Assembly (NCBI GenBank): GCA_001782045.1
Contig: MFNK01000003.1
Coordinates: 26,070 to 90,069 of the forward strand
DNA from: Candidatus Levybacteria bacterium RIFCSPHIGHO2_01_FULL_36_15b
Lineage (GTDB): Bacteria > Patescibacteriota > Microgenomatia > Levybacterales > UBA12049
DNA: 64,000 nucleotides
Reading direction: 5' to 3'
The notes under the pieces were generated by a model, which was given only the letters and a program-made list of their open reading frames with translations, was not told the DNA's origin and ran no database searches. Positions 48,954 through 59,110 of the stretch are shown in pieces; the first letter of the stretch is position 1; the number at the start of each line of letters is the position of its first letter. A program made the translations under genes and the position numbers.

Positions 48954-49706
48954 ATGAAGCATCGGAGAAAAAAAGAGCCTAAAAACAGTTTAAATTTGGC
49001 AGTATTATTTTTAGTTGTTTTTTTATTTTTCATATTTGTTTCAGTTTGCTTTAAGGTTTTTTATTTAATAAAAGATAGTAATTTTGACGGTTCTAATTCA
49101 TATAATTTAGAATTTGTAAGTTCGGATAGGTCTTATTTTGTTTCTTTTTCTCCTCAAGAAAAATCACTTTCTATTCTTAAGGCGGAAAAAGAGGCTAAAG
49201 TTTTAGCACCGGTGGATGGAACAATTGATACCGATCTAGATAATACTAAGATAGTATCTACCCTGTTTAAGCAGCTTTTTACTCCTGCGTCGCATAAAAA
49301 TATAACAATAATAGACTTAACAAGGCTTGCATTATTTTCTAAAACTGTTCCAAGATCTTCTATTATTGAACGTACTTTTTTAGGTATTAATGATAGTAGG
49401 GCAACTTTTAAAGATCCTAAAATTATAAACGAGGCAAAGAGTATAGAAATTATTAATGCAACCGATATTGCAGGACTTGGAAATAAGCTTGCTGTTTTTA
49501 TTTCAAATATGGGAGGAAATGTAATACTGGTCAAAACAGAAGAACCTAAGCAAAACTCAAAAATTATTTACTATGGTGAAAAAACCTATACTTTAACCCG
49601 GATAAACAAATTTTTAAAGTATGAAGTTACTCCCTCAACCAAGAGAGAAGTGGCAGATGTTATAATCGTGATAGGAAAAGACGGATTAAAGGAGTTGGAC
49701 TTTTAA
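48954..49706 (+). CDS. hypothetical membrane-anchored protein
   Basis: N-terminal TM then extracytoplasmic domain; no motif recognised. Confidence 0.4.
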   Translation: MKHRRKKEPKNSLNLAVLFLVVFLFFIFVSVCFKVFYLIKDSNFDGSNSYNLEFVSSDRSYFVSFSPQEKSLSILKAEKEAKVLAPVDGTIDTDLDNTKIVSTLFKQLFTPASHKNITIIDLTRLALFSKTVPRSSIIERTFLGINDSRATFKDPKIINEAKSIEIINATDIAGLGNKLAVFISNMGGNVILVKTEEPKQNSKIIYYGEKTYTLTRINKFLKYEVTPSTKREVADVIIVIGKDGLKELDF

Positions 49707-49844
49707 TATGTTTTATGCAATTTTATTTTTAATTTTTGTAATTTCATTATTACTGGCCTTGCATTCTGCAAAAAGGTTGGGGGAGAAGCCTTCGATAAAA
49801 GATGTAAAAAAGAGTTTAGATAAAGATAGGGTAATTTTTAAAAG

Positions 49845-50573
49845 TCATTCTTCTTCTTGACTTGCATCTTCTAAATCTTGTAAATCTTCAGTTTCATATT
49901 TTTCTTTTGATCTTAAGCTTCTTTGTTTTGCAGAAAAAAGTGCTGAATCCAAAGTAGAAATAAATGATGGTTGATCTTTAAATCTTGCCGATTTCTTAAC
50001 CTCTCTAATAAAAATTGCAACCTTATGCGGGCTTGCTGATTTAACAAAAGCTTCGTAAATCCCGTTTGCTTTAATAAACTTAATAAGTCTTTTTCCAATA
50101 TCATCAGGAAGTACTCCAATATACTGTTTATTGTCTAGAACAAATAGTTTAAACCTTTTTACAGAAAGTTCCAAAAGTAGGCCGGTTCTTAGCCTTTCTA
50201 TAATTTGGGGCTGGGCAATATTTATTAACTCAATAACCTTAGTCTTTCCCGGTTGTTCCAGGAAATGATTATTAATTTTGTATGATTTAGGAATAGCGGG
50301 AATAGTCTTTTTGTCTTTAAGCTTATTTAGACTTCTTTGTGCAATAGGATTTAGAGGATCAAGCTTTATTACCTTTTGATACATGCTTTTTGCGTCTTTT
50401 GTTTTACCGACAATCAAGTATGCTAAAGCTAAACGGTTTAGAGCATCTATATCATTTGGGTCTTCTTTTATTAGGTTTTTGTTTAAAACTATTGCGTTTT
50501 GCCAGTCTCCGGAAAGTGCAGTTTGGATGGCTTGGTTTTTTAATGACATTTTAATGAAAAATTGTACGTGCAT
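49845..50573 (-). CDS. TPR-repeat protein
   Basis: TPR-like helices (ALNRLALAYLIVGKTKDAKSMYQKVIKLDPLNP). Confidence 0.55.
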   Translation of the reverse strand: MHVQFFIKMSLKNQAIQTALSGDWQNAIVLNKNLIKEDPNDIDALNRLALAYLIVGKTKDAKSMYQKVIKLDPLNPIAQRSLNKLKDKKTIPAIPKSYKINNHFLEQPGKTKVIELINIAQPQIIERLRTGLLLELSVKRFKLFVLDNKQYIGVLPDDIGKRLIKFIKANGIYEAFVKSASPHKVAIFIREVKKSARFKDQPSFISTLDSALFSAKQRSLRSKEKYETEDLQDLEDASQEEE

Positions 50574-50593
50574 TTATTGCAAAAGTCAAGGAG

Positions 50594-51046
50594 CTATTCA
50601 AGGGGCTGAAGTAATCTTTCTCTCATATATTGAGGGATAGGGGTCTTAAATTGGGCTATCGGATCAAAAGTCACAACAACCAAATCTTGCTCGGCTACAA
50701 TTCTATTTCCCAATCTCATCTCCTGATGGAAAGACATACTCGAGTCACGAACTCCTCCCTCAGGTATTGTTGTAGAAATTACTGGTTTGTCATCTTTTTT
50801 TAATTCAGCACGATATGTTACTTTTATGCTTACTACCGGAAACTTTAAGCCAGTTACTTTTTCCATTTGCATGAACCCTATGCCGCGTCTGCTCATGTAA
50901 TCATCTTGCCCTCTTTCGAATAATTTAGGAAACCTTTTGTAATTTACATGACCATACCTATCGATAAAATTTTTAGGAACATTAATTTCCGTTAATTGTA
51001 CGGGATTTGTTGAATTAGGCAAATCAATTTCGCGTATTGAACTCAT
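50594..51046 (-). CDS. hotdog-fold acyl-CoA thioesterase (4HBT/YbgC-like)
   Basis: YGHVNYKRF motif region and size. Confidence 0.55.
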   Translation of the reverse strand: MSSIREIDLPNSTNPVQLTEINVPKNFIDRYGHVNYKRFPKLFERGQDDYMSRRGIGFMQMEKVTGLKFPVVSIKVTYRAELKKDDKPVISTTIPEGGVRDSSMSFHQEMRLGNRIVAEQDLVVVTFDPIAQFKTPIPQYMRERLLQPLE

Positions 51047-51105
51047 GCGCGAACTATAATCTTAAGAAGCTCAAAAGTCAAATTTTTGTTATAATTATCA
51101 GTTGT

Positions 51106-51828
51106 ATGAGTGGACATTCTAAGTGGTCGACAATTAAGCGTCAAAAAGGCCTAAAAGACCAAAAAAGAGGACAAACATTTACCAAGCTAGCAAATGCAAT
51201 TACCATTGCGGTTAAACAGGGTGGTTTAATTGGTGATCCGGAACAAAATTTTCATCTTAGACTTGCGATTGATGCAGCAAGAGCTGCAAACATGCCCAAA
51301 GAAAATATAGAACGCGCAATTAATAGGGCAATGGGCAAAGAAGGTGGAGATTTAGAAGAAGTAGTTTACGAAGGATTTGCACCCGGTGGGGTATCAATAA
51401 TTATTGAAGCTGCAACAGATAATGCTTCCAGAACAACAGCTGAGGTAAAAAGTATTTTTAATAAAAACTCTGCTTCTTTCGGTCAGCCCGGGTCTGTAGC
51501 CTACCAATTCAACAGGGTAGGAAGAATTGTCGTTTTGAAGGGAAGTAGCTCTTTTGACGAAATATTTAACGTAGCACTTGATGCTGGGGCAGAGGACATA
51601 GATGAAGCAGGGGATGAAGTGCTAATTTATACAAAATATTCGGATCTTTCTAGGGTAAGAGCAAAGATAGAAGAAGCAGGAATTTCAATTGTAGAAGCAG
51701 GCGCCGTAAGAGAGCCACAAATAAAAATGGAAGTAAGCGATCAAGCGCTGCTAGAAAAGATAGAAAACTTTGTGGAACTTTTAGAGGGACTTGATGATGT
51801 TTTAAAAGTATATACTAATTTAGCATGA
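51106..51828 (+). CDS. yebC: YebC/PmpR-family transcriptional regulator
   Basis: MSGHSKWSTIKRQKG N-terminus; TATAAT just upstream; start reassigned to ATG 51106. Confidence 0.85.
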   Translation: MSGHSKWSTIKRQKGLKDQKRGQTFTKLANAITIAVKQGGLIGDPEQNFHLRLAIDAARAANMPKENIERAINRAMGKEGGDLEEVVYEGFAPGGVSIIIEAATDNASRTTAEVKSIFNKNSASFGQPGSVAYQFNRVGRIVVLKGSSSFDEIFNVALDAGAEDIDEAGDEVLIYTKYSDLSRVRAKIEEAGISIVEAGAVREPQIKMEVSDQALLEKIENFVELLEGLDDVLKVYTNLA

Positions 51829-52634
51829 GTAACTTTGCAGCCAAGCTTAGAAAGTTTCTTCGTTTTTTTATAAATAAAAGACAAAAATTTATTGCTTTCA
51901 CTTTTATTTTATCCGTTGTGTTATTTATCTCAGAGTATGTATTAGGTAAATCGGCAGTTGTTATGATTTTTGGGGTAGCAACACTAAGTTCTTTGTTTTT
52001 ATATTTTTCTCTAAGAGAGGATTTGAAAGAAAATTTTTCTCCACAGGTACTGATTTTGCCGTTTTTTTATAGTTTGGCAATAGGATTATTTTATCTTCTT
52101 GTTCCCGCAAGATTTTTAACTAGGGTAGGGATGACCTTTTTGTATGCGCTTGGACTTTATTCTCTGTTTTTAAGCCAAAATATATTTATAGTTTCAGCTA
52201 TAAGAACGATCCAGTTATTATCTGGAGCAAGAACAGTTTCGTTGGTTTTAACGCTATTATCTTACTTTTTTTTATCTAATGTAGTGTTTTCTCTTCATCT
52301 TAATTTCTTTTTTACGATAATTCTCGTTTTTCTTTATTCATTTCCACTTGTGTTACAATCTGTGTGGACTTATACACTTGAAAAGAATATATTTTCGCAA
52401 GTTTTTTGGGTAAGTACTTTAACTGTTTGCTTGGTAGAGGTTGCCGCATTTCTCTGGTTTAACTTAAGCACGCCTACTGTGATTGCACTTTTTCTTACTT
52501 CAATATTTTATGTTACCCTAGGGCTCTCTCATGCTTGGATAGAGAGGAGACTTTTTAGAAGCGTAATTCTTGAATATTTCTGGGTAACTGCAGTATCTTT
52601 TATTTTTTTAATTTTTTTCTCAAGCTGGTTTTAA
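51825..52634 (+). CDS. hypothetical polytopic membrane protein
   Basis: Multiple TM helices; no motif. Confidence 0.4.
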   Translation: MSNFAAKLRKFLRFFINKRQKFIAFTFILSVVLFISEYVLGKSAVVMIFGVATLSSLFLYFSLREDLKENFSPQVLILPFFYSLAIGLFYLLVPARFLTRVGMTFLYALGLYSLFLSQNIFIVSAIRTIQLLSGARTVSLVLTLLSYFFLSNVVFSLHLNFFFTIILVFLYSFPLVLQSVWTYTLEKNIFSQVFWVSTLTVCLVEVAAFLWFNLSTPTVIALFLTSIFYVTLGLSHAWIERRLFRSVILEYFWVTAVSFIFLIFFSSWF

Positions 52635-52756
52635 AAAATTAATGGTGGTTAGTTAAGAGGAGGGAAGTGGAGTGATATCATCTTCGGGAATTTAAACTAT
52701 TTAGCCTCAAATGATATAGTTTGATACATAACACTTAAATTATTATAGGACTTTAA

Positions 52757-52765
52757 TGTGGATAA
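52757..52765. promoter_or_regulatory. DnaA-box-like 9-mer TGTGGATAA (reverse complement of TTATCCACA)
   Basis: Perfect match to the consensus DnaA box, inside the 823-bp ORF-free AT-rich region. A related ATGGATAAATTTTC lies at 53326-53340. Confidence 0.3.
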
Positions 52766-53440
52766 ATTTTCAATTATTGCTTAAGTTTTCACACCAAAAA
52801 CGATTGACTATGTACACTTTTCACGACAAAGCACCTCTCATTCTCTTGTAGCTGTAAGCCATATAACATTATTTGTTCTCATGTCGAAAAAAATACGAAT
52901 GTTAACGACTCTGCGCTCTATTAGCATCTATGCTCTAAATTATATAAATTCGAGCTCAAATTATATTGTTTAGATTGATTTTACAATCTAAATTTAACCT
53001 ATGTCAGTAATGAGTGTAGTAGTGGCAAAACACGAGAATAAAGAATATATAAAACTAATTATTCAAAAATAAAAGAGTCGTACAACTTAATAGCTAAGAG
53101 AGAATAGAGGTCTTTACAGTTCTCTAGAAGTGGCAGTATTAAAAAACGACATAGAATAACGGTAGGAAAGCGAAATGCCTTATGTCGCACAATAATACTT
53201 TTACGACGTACGCTAGACTCAAAGCCTGGGAGAAGTGCTTCTAAATTAAATTAAATTTGCTGAATAATATTTACATTTCTACATCTCCTGTTATTTTTCC
53301 CATTTATATACACTATTTTTATTTTTATGGATAAATTTTCCGCTCCCCTACTATGGGTTTGTTAATACAAATATTTTTTGAGGCTAAATGAGGCTAAAAT
53401 TTTAATTACTATTGTACTTGCCCGAGGCTGTAGTACAATT

Positions 53441-53449
53441 TGGTATAAT
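53441..53449 (+). promoter_or_regulatory. extended -10 (TGgTATAAT) for murI, preceded by 7-bp inverted repeat TTGTACT-N13-AGTACAA (53412-53438)
   Basis: TATAAT 9 nt before the murI ATG; palindrome overlaps the -35 position. Confidence 0.4.
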
Positions 53450-53457
53450 CTTTAGGC

Positions 53458-54234
53458 ATGAATAGCTATTCTATAGGAATACTTGATTCTGGGCTTGGTG
53501 GTCTTTCTATTGCCAAAGAAATAAAAAAACTAATGTCCAATCATTCCATAGTTTACTTTGGAGACTCGGCAAATGTTCCATATTCGACAAAATCGGAAGT
53601 AGAAGTCTATAGGTTATCCAAAAAAGCAATTGAGTTTCTTTTAGCAAAAAGAGCAAAGATTATTGTTATTGCATGTAATACAATTACCGTAGTCGCAATA
53701 GACAGGCTTAGAAAAAATTTTCCCAAAACGACAATAGTTGGAACAGTGCCAGTAATAAAAACCGCAGTAAGTATAACCAAGAGCGGCAAAATCGGTATAT
53801 TCTCAACTAAAAAGACTGCCGAAAGTATTTATCAAAAACAACTAATTAAAAAATTTGCCAAAGGATATAGCGTTTTAAACTTGGGTTCCAATGAAATAGT
53901 TCCGTTTATTGAAAGCTCGAACATAAAGCTCAAGAACGTTCTTAAAAAGCAGCTTAAGCCTTTTAAAGAACACGGGGTGGATGTACTCGCTTTGGGTTGT
54001 ACACATTTCCCTTTAATAAAAAATCACATAGAGAAAATTATGGGTTCGAAAGTTAGCGTAATTGATTCAGGAGCGGCTGTTGCAAGACAAGTCAGGAGAA
54101 TATTGGAAGGAAGTAATACCTTATCTAAAAGTTCAGCTGAAGATATTTTTTATACGAGTGGAGATATTAGTCAAATGGAAAAATTTGTTAAGCAGTTAAA
54201 GCTTTCAGGAGATGTCAAGAAAATTAGCGATTAG
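53458..54234 (+). CDS. murI: glutamate racemase
   Basis: IGILDSGLGGLS N-terminus, CNT...GCTHFP catalytic Cys motifs. Confidence 0.85.
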   Translation: MNSYSIGILDSGLGGLSIAKEIKKLMSNHSIVYFGDSANVPYSTKSEVEVYRLSKKAIEFLLAKRAKIIVIACNTITVVAIDRLRKNFPKTTIVGTVPVIKTAVSITKSGKIGIFSTKKTAESIYQKQLIKKFAKGYSVLNLGSNEIVPFIESSNIKLKNVLKKQLKPFKEHGVDVLALGCTHFPLIKNHIEKIMGSKVSVIDSGAAVARQVRRILEGSNTLSKSSAEDIFYTSGDISQMEKFVKQLKLSGDVKKISD

Positions 54235-54916
54235 AAACAACAGTCGTTTTGTTGAAGTTATTTAGCTCATTTGAGCCAGTAAAAAGATCTAAAGATGTGG
54301 TGTCGCCATAGTCTTGTATATTAATATATTCTGACGTTTGGTTACTCATGCTTATATAACCCAAGACATCGTTATTATTGTTATCGGAAAAAGTTAAGAC
54401 TAGCCAGTTTTGATTTGGAGCATATGCTGAGGTTTGATCAGCATTGTCGTCTGAAACTGTAATATAATTTTCTATTTGCAAAGACGTTCCTTCAGGATTA
54501 AATTGGAATGGCACACCGTTAACTCTAGGATAGCTCAAGGCATCTGTAAAAACATTGAAGTTTTGCTCATCGTTTCCGACAATACTGTCCGTTCGAATGT
54601 GTGGAAAAATTTCGTTTCTTGACTGCCTAAAAAATATAGATAAGTTTCCTCCTTTGTGAACCTTGGCATCTGGGTGTTGCTCTAGAAGTTTTGAATAAAT
54701 CTCTGGATTCAGCGTTTCTGTTGCAGCGGGTGTATTTGGAGCTTGGTCAGCAGAGCTTTGTTGAGCGCCAATAGCATATCCAGATAGGGCGGCTGCTGCA
54801 GCAAGCACGGAAGTCATTAATGCTCTTCTTACCGATATGGACCCCCTTTGTCGCTCCCTTTTGCTGCTCTCTTTAGAAGTTTGTATGACTTGCGGTTGTT
54901 CTTTATTGTCATCCAT
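54224..54916 (-). CDS. hypothetical secreted/membrane-anchored protein
   Basis: Signal/anchor ALMTSVLAAAAALSGYAIGA. Confidence 0.4.
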   Translation of the reverse strand: MDDNKEQPQVIQTSKESSKRERQRGSISVRRALMTSVLAAAAALSGYAIGAQQSSADQAPNTPAATETLNPEIYSKLLEQHPDAKVHKGGNLSIFFRQSRNEIFPHIRTDSIVGNDEQNFNVFTDALSYPRVNGVPFQFNPEGTSLQIENYITVSDDNADQTSAYAPNQNWLVLTFSDNNNNDVLGYISMSNQTSEYINIQDYGDTTSLDLFTGSNELNNFNKTTVVSNR

Positions 54917-54928
54917 AAAATTAGCTTA

Positions 54929-56356
54929 TCATTGCGTGATAAATTTATCAATTATAAGTTTTTCTAAATCCTGGTTATAACCGTCATATCCAAGTGCCCA
55001 AACTCCAACTCCTGCAAGTTCTTTTTTATTTATAAAATCGTATTTAACCCCAAGAGAGCGTACATTATCAAAATGCACAATTCTAGCCTGTCCGTTTTCG
55101 TTATAAGAGTAGTAGGGCGTTTGGGATTCTTCGTTCCAGCTTATTTTTATATTCTGGCTTGCATCGGCAATTTCGGCGTAAGGTAAAATTTTAACCTTGT
55201 TTTCGGGGTTTTCTGTATTTTGTTCCGGCCAGTCATATCCGTAATATGGAACTGCCAATATTAATTTTTGGGGATCTGTCTTTTCTAAATAATTCTGAAC
55301 GTAGGCAATTATGTTGGTTTCTCCTCCCATTGCAGCTACAGGACCTGCTCCGCCCAGCGGCGTGTGCATGTCATACCCCATTATTACAAAATAATCCAGA
55401 TTTGAAGCAAGTGCTCCAATATCAAACAAATCAAGCTTGCCTCCCGAAACAAGATATGTATCTATAGATAGTGTTGAATCCGGAATTTGCCTTTTTAATT
55501 CACCGTTTAAGCTAGCAATCAATTTACTAAATCCGTTTCTTACATTCTCGTTTGGTCCTCCAACGTATTCGAAATCGATATTAATTCCGTCCAGATTTTT
55601 GGAGTTAACTAAAAACAGCGCATTTGAAATAAAAGCTTGTTGGTAAGTTTCGTTTAGGGACAATTTTTCTATGTCCTCGTTATTAAATGATTTAAAAGTT
55701 AAATATACTTTTACCTTAGATTTTTTTGCCTTTTGAATAAATTCATCTAGTCTTTGGTCCTTCCACATTTCCCAGCCTGGATCCGCACCTTCTCCCGTAA
55801 CCTTAGCGATCTCCCCCCTACCAGTGACAGTAAGTCCGAATAGTGAAACAGATGATAAATAAGAAACATTTATTTTATCTTGTTTGTCTAGCATCCAATA
55901 AGGAAAAAATCCTAGTACCTCTTTCTTAGGCCTCCCTGAAACTACCAACTTTGACGTTTCCTTTGAGGGAATAGAAAATACCTTTTCCGAGTCAACTTCT
56001 CTTGTGCTGGCATATACAACGGGAAATGGGTTATGTTCAAAAGCTTGTTTTTTAGCCAAATTTGTATTACTTAGAGTAACATTTTTTGGTTCGGTGAAAA
56101 GCAGCGTTTGTATTAGTGAAATATAAAAAATGGAAAAAACAAGTACGCCAAGAGCAATAAGAATATTTTTTTTGGTTACTTTAGGTATCCTTTGTTTTCT
56201 GGGCTTTTCTCCTTCAAGCTCTCTTATTGCTTCTTCAAATTCCTCTTCCGTCGCGCCCATAAGCATTGCATCGCGTTTTATTTCGTCCAGGGCTGTTTTA
56301 TACTCGCTCTTTTTTAAGATTTTTTCTTTAATTACTTCTATATATTTGTCTCTCAT
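54929..56356 (-). CDS. glycoside hydrolase family 18 domain protein (membrane-anchored; probable cell-wall hydrolase)
   Basis: DGINIDFEY (DGxDxDxE) GH18 catalytic motif; N-terminal TM. Confidence 0.7.
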   Translation of the reverse strand: MRDKYIEVIKEKILKKSEYKTALDEIKRDAMLMGATEEEFEEAIRELEGEKPRKQRIPKVTKKNILIALGVLVFSIFYISLIQTLLFTEPKNVTLSNTNLAKKQAFEHNPFPVVYASTREVDSEKVFSIPSKETSKLVVSGRPKKEVLGFFPYWMLDKQDKINVSYLSSVSLFGLTVTGRGEIAKVTGEGADPGWEMWKDQRLDEFIQKAKKSKVKVYLTFKSFNNEDIEKLSLNETYQQAFISNALFLVNSKNLDGINIDFEYVGGPNENVRNGFSKLIASLNGELKRQIPDSTLSIDTYLVSGGKLDLFDIGALASNLDYFVIMGYDMHTPLGGAGPVAAMGGETNIIAYVQNYLEKTDPQKLILAVPYYGYDWPEQNTENPENKVKILPYAEIADASQNIKISWNEESQTPYYSYNENGQARIVHFDNVRSLGVKYDFINKKELAGVGVWALGYDGYNQDLEKLIIDKFITQ

Positions 56357-56484
56357 TAGATATATTTAGTATGCGGGATTTTGTGCTCGTGTGTCAATAT
56401 TTGACATGTACATTTTTTTCATTCATACTGAACTTAGCGTCGTAGATTATTTCAAGATTTGAACTTAGAAAGCGTCGCACATTA

Positions 56485-57402
56485 ATGAATGAACTGTCCG
56501 GGCTTATAGATCAATTTTTGGAATATCTCGAAATAGAGCGCAACTGTTCTAAACTAACAATCCGCGATTATAGACATTACCTGGAAACCTTTAATAAATG
56601 GTACGCTGAAAAAAATATCGAAGATTTGGATTTGGCAACTGTTAGAAAATACAGGGTTTTTCTTGCCAACCGCGAAGATAATAAAGGATTAACTTTAAAA
56701 AGAGTAACTCAAAACTATTATGTAATAGCGCTTAGAAGTTTTCTTAGGTTTCTTATAAAGAATGATTTTCAAACTTTAGAGCCATCAAAAATTGATTTGC
56801 CAAAAACAGAAAGCAGAAACTTAAAATTTTTATCAAGCGAACAGATAGATAGATTGGTAACATCTGTTGATACATCAAAGGAAGAAGGATTGAGAGATAG
56901 GGCAATTTTGGAACTCCTCTTCTCCACCGGGCTGCGCGTTTCGGAACTAACAAAGTTAAATCACGAACAAATTAATTTTGAAAGGCGCGAGTTTGGAGTT
57001 ATAGGTAAAGGTTCGCGCTTGCGACTTGTTTTTATTTCAGACAGAGCAGCTGATTGGATTAAGCGATATTTGGACGAACGGAAAGATGTTTTTAAGCCAT
57101 TATTTATTAGGTACAGCGGAAAAGTTGTGGAAGACGATAGCGGAGAAAAAATGAGGCTTACCGCAAGAAGTGTTGAGCGTATAGTTAAAAAATATGTGCG
57201 TTTAGCAAGAATTCCGGTTGATGCTACGGTTCATACCCTAAGGCACAGTTTTGCAACTGATCTTCTGCATAACGGAGCAGATTTAAGAAGTGTACAAGAA
57301 ATGCTTGGGCACAAAAATATTGCAACGACCCAAATTTATACACACATAACAAATCCTCAACTGCGTGATACACACCGTTCCTTCCATAGCGGAAATAAGT
57401 AG
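56485..57402 (+). CDS. tyrosine site-specific recombinase XerC/XerD
   Basis: R...HxxR...Y catalytic pattern: HTLRHSFATDLL...GHKNIATTQIYTH. Confidence 0.85.
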   Translation: MNELSGLIDQFLEYLEIERNCSKLTIRDYRHYLETFNKWYAEKNIEDLDLATVRKYRVFLANREDNKGLTLKRVTQNYYVIALRSFLRFLIKNDFQTLEPSKIDLPKTESRNLKFLSSEQIDRLVTSVDTSKEEGLRDRAILELLFSTGLRVSELTKLNHEQINFERREFGVIGKGSRLRLVFISDRAADWIKRYLDERKDVFKPLFIRYSGKVVEDDSGEKMRLTARSVERIVKKYVRLARIPVDATVHTLRHSFATDLLHNGADLRSVQEMLGHKNIATTQIYTHITNPQLRDTHRSFHSGNK

Positions 57403-58284
57403 CTAGGCTTCTTTGGCGTCGAAGAATAAGTAATAAAGTGATAGAATTGGAAAGAATTGAATTGGCCAGAAGATTATCACCATCACCGGAATTTCTAGAA
57501 AGGTAAGTTCCGAAAATGGAACATTCGAATAATGCCAAAAAAGAGCTTTTTGGTTGAAGATCTCCCAAACAAACCCAACAATCCACCCGCCAAGTAATAT
57601 AGAAATTAAGGATATTGGTCTTCCCTGAAAAAAGCTAAAGAAAAAAGAAATATTTTTTCTTTTGTAAACTAAATAATCGAATATAAAACTTAAAGAAATA
57701 CTAGCTAAAAATAAAGGAAGTATCAATGCGACGTCTATTGGTTTTGTAAAATTTATTGATAAGAATTCCTTCAACGTCAGAAAATTAATATTCATTAAAA
57801 GCCACAAGGTTGATAGCACTGCTGTTATTGAGCATAAGTAAAGCATAAACTTCATGAACTGCGAGATGTTAATTTTAGAACTTGGTTTAACAAATCTTGA
57901 CAATACTGCCCTTGTGCCAAGATAAATTTCCACAAAATAAAAAACATAACCAGCCCATCCCGGAATAAGTAAAAGAAAGTACCACCAATAATTCCAGTAA
58001 GGAAAATACCAAAATTTACCCATATAATGAAGATAAAATTCCAAAAAAAACGCAAAAATCACTCCTGCGATACTAAGTTTTGCAAAGGCACCAATAAAAT
58101 TTTTCCTATCAAAAAAGTACGCTATTAATGAATAATTGTTAAGCTTTAAGGATATAAAATCTAGAATAAGGATATTGCCAACAACAAAAATAGCGTGAGC
58201 TATAAGAAGTGTAAAGGCGTTAAGCTGCAAGTACCAATGGATGAATGAAATTAGAGTCAAAGATATTCCTAAAAACAATTTCAC
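57403..58284 (-). CDS. hypothetical polytopic membrane protein (Trp/Tyr-rich)
   Basis: Multiple TM helices. Confidence 0.4.
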   Translation of the reverse strand: MKLFLGISLTLISFIHWYLQLNAFTLLIAHAIFVVGNILILDFISLKLNNYSLIAYFFDRKNFIGAFAKLSIAGVIFAFFLEFYLHYMGKFWYFPYWNYWWYFLLLIPGWAGYVFYFVEIYLGTRAVLSRFVKPSSKINISQFMKFMLYLCSITAVLSTLWLLMNINFLTLKEFLSINFTKPIDVALILPLFLASISLSFIFDYLVYKRKNISFFFSFFQGRPISLISILLGGWIVGFVWEIFNQKALFWHYSNVPFSELTFLEIPVMVIIFWPIQFFPILSLYYLFFDAKEA

Positions 58285-58342
58285 AAGGAAATTATAACAG
58301 AAGATTTATTCCAGTACTCCCAGGTAGCATATTTACTAATAT

Positions 58343-59107
58343 TTAGTAGGTTTCGTAGTAAATGGTTACGCCGACATTAATTGTATTTTCGCCTGGAGTG
58401 ATATTAGTTGGTTCCTGATCTAAAACTTCTCCTTTGTCACTGGCGCTAAGTGGATAAAAAGGAGGATTGTTGGTGCTTGATACTACATTTATGATTTTTC
58501 CAAGTCGCACTCCTGCAGCACTGGCTAGAATTTGAGCTTTTTCCTTGGCATTTTCAACAGCTTCTTTAGTAGCTTTCTCTTCCAAGTTTTTTTGCAACTC
58601 ATCACTAAAAGTAAAATTTACCCCACCTACCAAATTTGCTCCATCTTTAGTTGCTAAATCAATTACTTTATTTACATTTTCGATAGGTTTTATTTTTACT
58701 TCTATATTTTGTGTAACGCTATATCCCGATTGCCCGCCTCGCGTTGGCATAAGAGGTTGAATTTCGTAATTTGGATTTACGTTGTAATTAGTTGTTTTTA
58801 TATCTTTATCTAGAATGCCAAGTTTTTTTAAATCTGAAATCAATTTATTTGCGACCGTATTTGCCTGTTTTTGAGCTTCATCAACCGAAGATGCATTTTT
58901 AGTAACACCTACAGAAATTGTAGCCTCGTCTGGAACTGCCGTAGCCTCTCCTTCTCCACTGGAAGAAAAAAGATCGGTCTTTGTAGTATTTACGCTATTT
59001 ATATAAAAAGGAATTGGCCCGGCAAGTTTTGTATAGATAAAAAGAAGAATAAAAAAGCTTGCAATTATAGCTAGAGGTCGTTTAAGTTCTTCCCAAATGC
59101 TTCCCAT
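58343..59107 (-). CDS. SIMPL/DUF541-domain periplasmic protein
   Basis: N-terminal TM; pattern recalled for the 26-kDa periplasmic immunogenic protein family. Confidence 0.5.
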   Translation of the reverse strand: MGSIWEELKRPLAIIASFFILLFIYTKLAGPIPFYINSVNTTKTDLFSSSGEGEATAVPDEATISVGVTKNASSVDEAQKQANTVANKLISDLKKLGILDKDIKTTNYNVNPNYEIQPLMPTRGGQSGYSVTQNIEVKIKPIENVNKVIDLATKDGANLVGGVNFTFSDELQKNLEEKATKEAVENAKEKAQILASAAGVRLGKIINVVSSTNNPPFYPLSASDKGEVLDQEPTNITPGENTINVGVTIYYETY

Positions 59108-59110
59108 AAC

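Noticed and set aside
52635-53457. Searched the 823-bp ORF-free region for tmRNA, RNase P RNA, CRISPR repeats or a dif 28-mer
   Set aside because: No tRNA-like T-arm/acceptor pairing, no GGAAAGUCCGG-type P4 sequence, no spaced direct repeats, and no convincing XerC/XerD-arm palindrome. Only DnaA-box-like 9-mers and small hairpins were found, so the function is left open.
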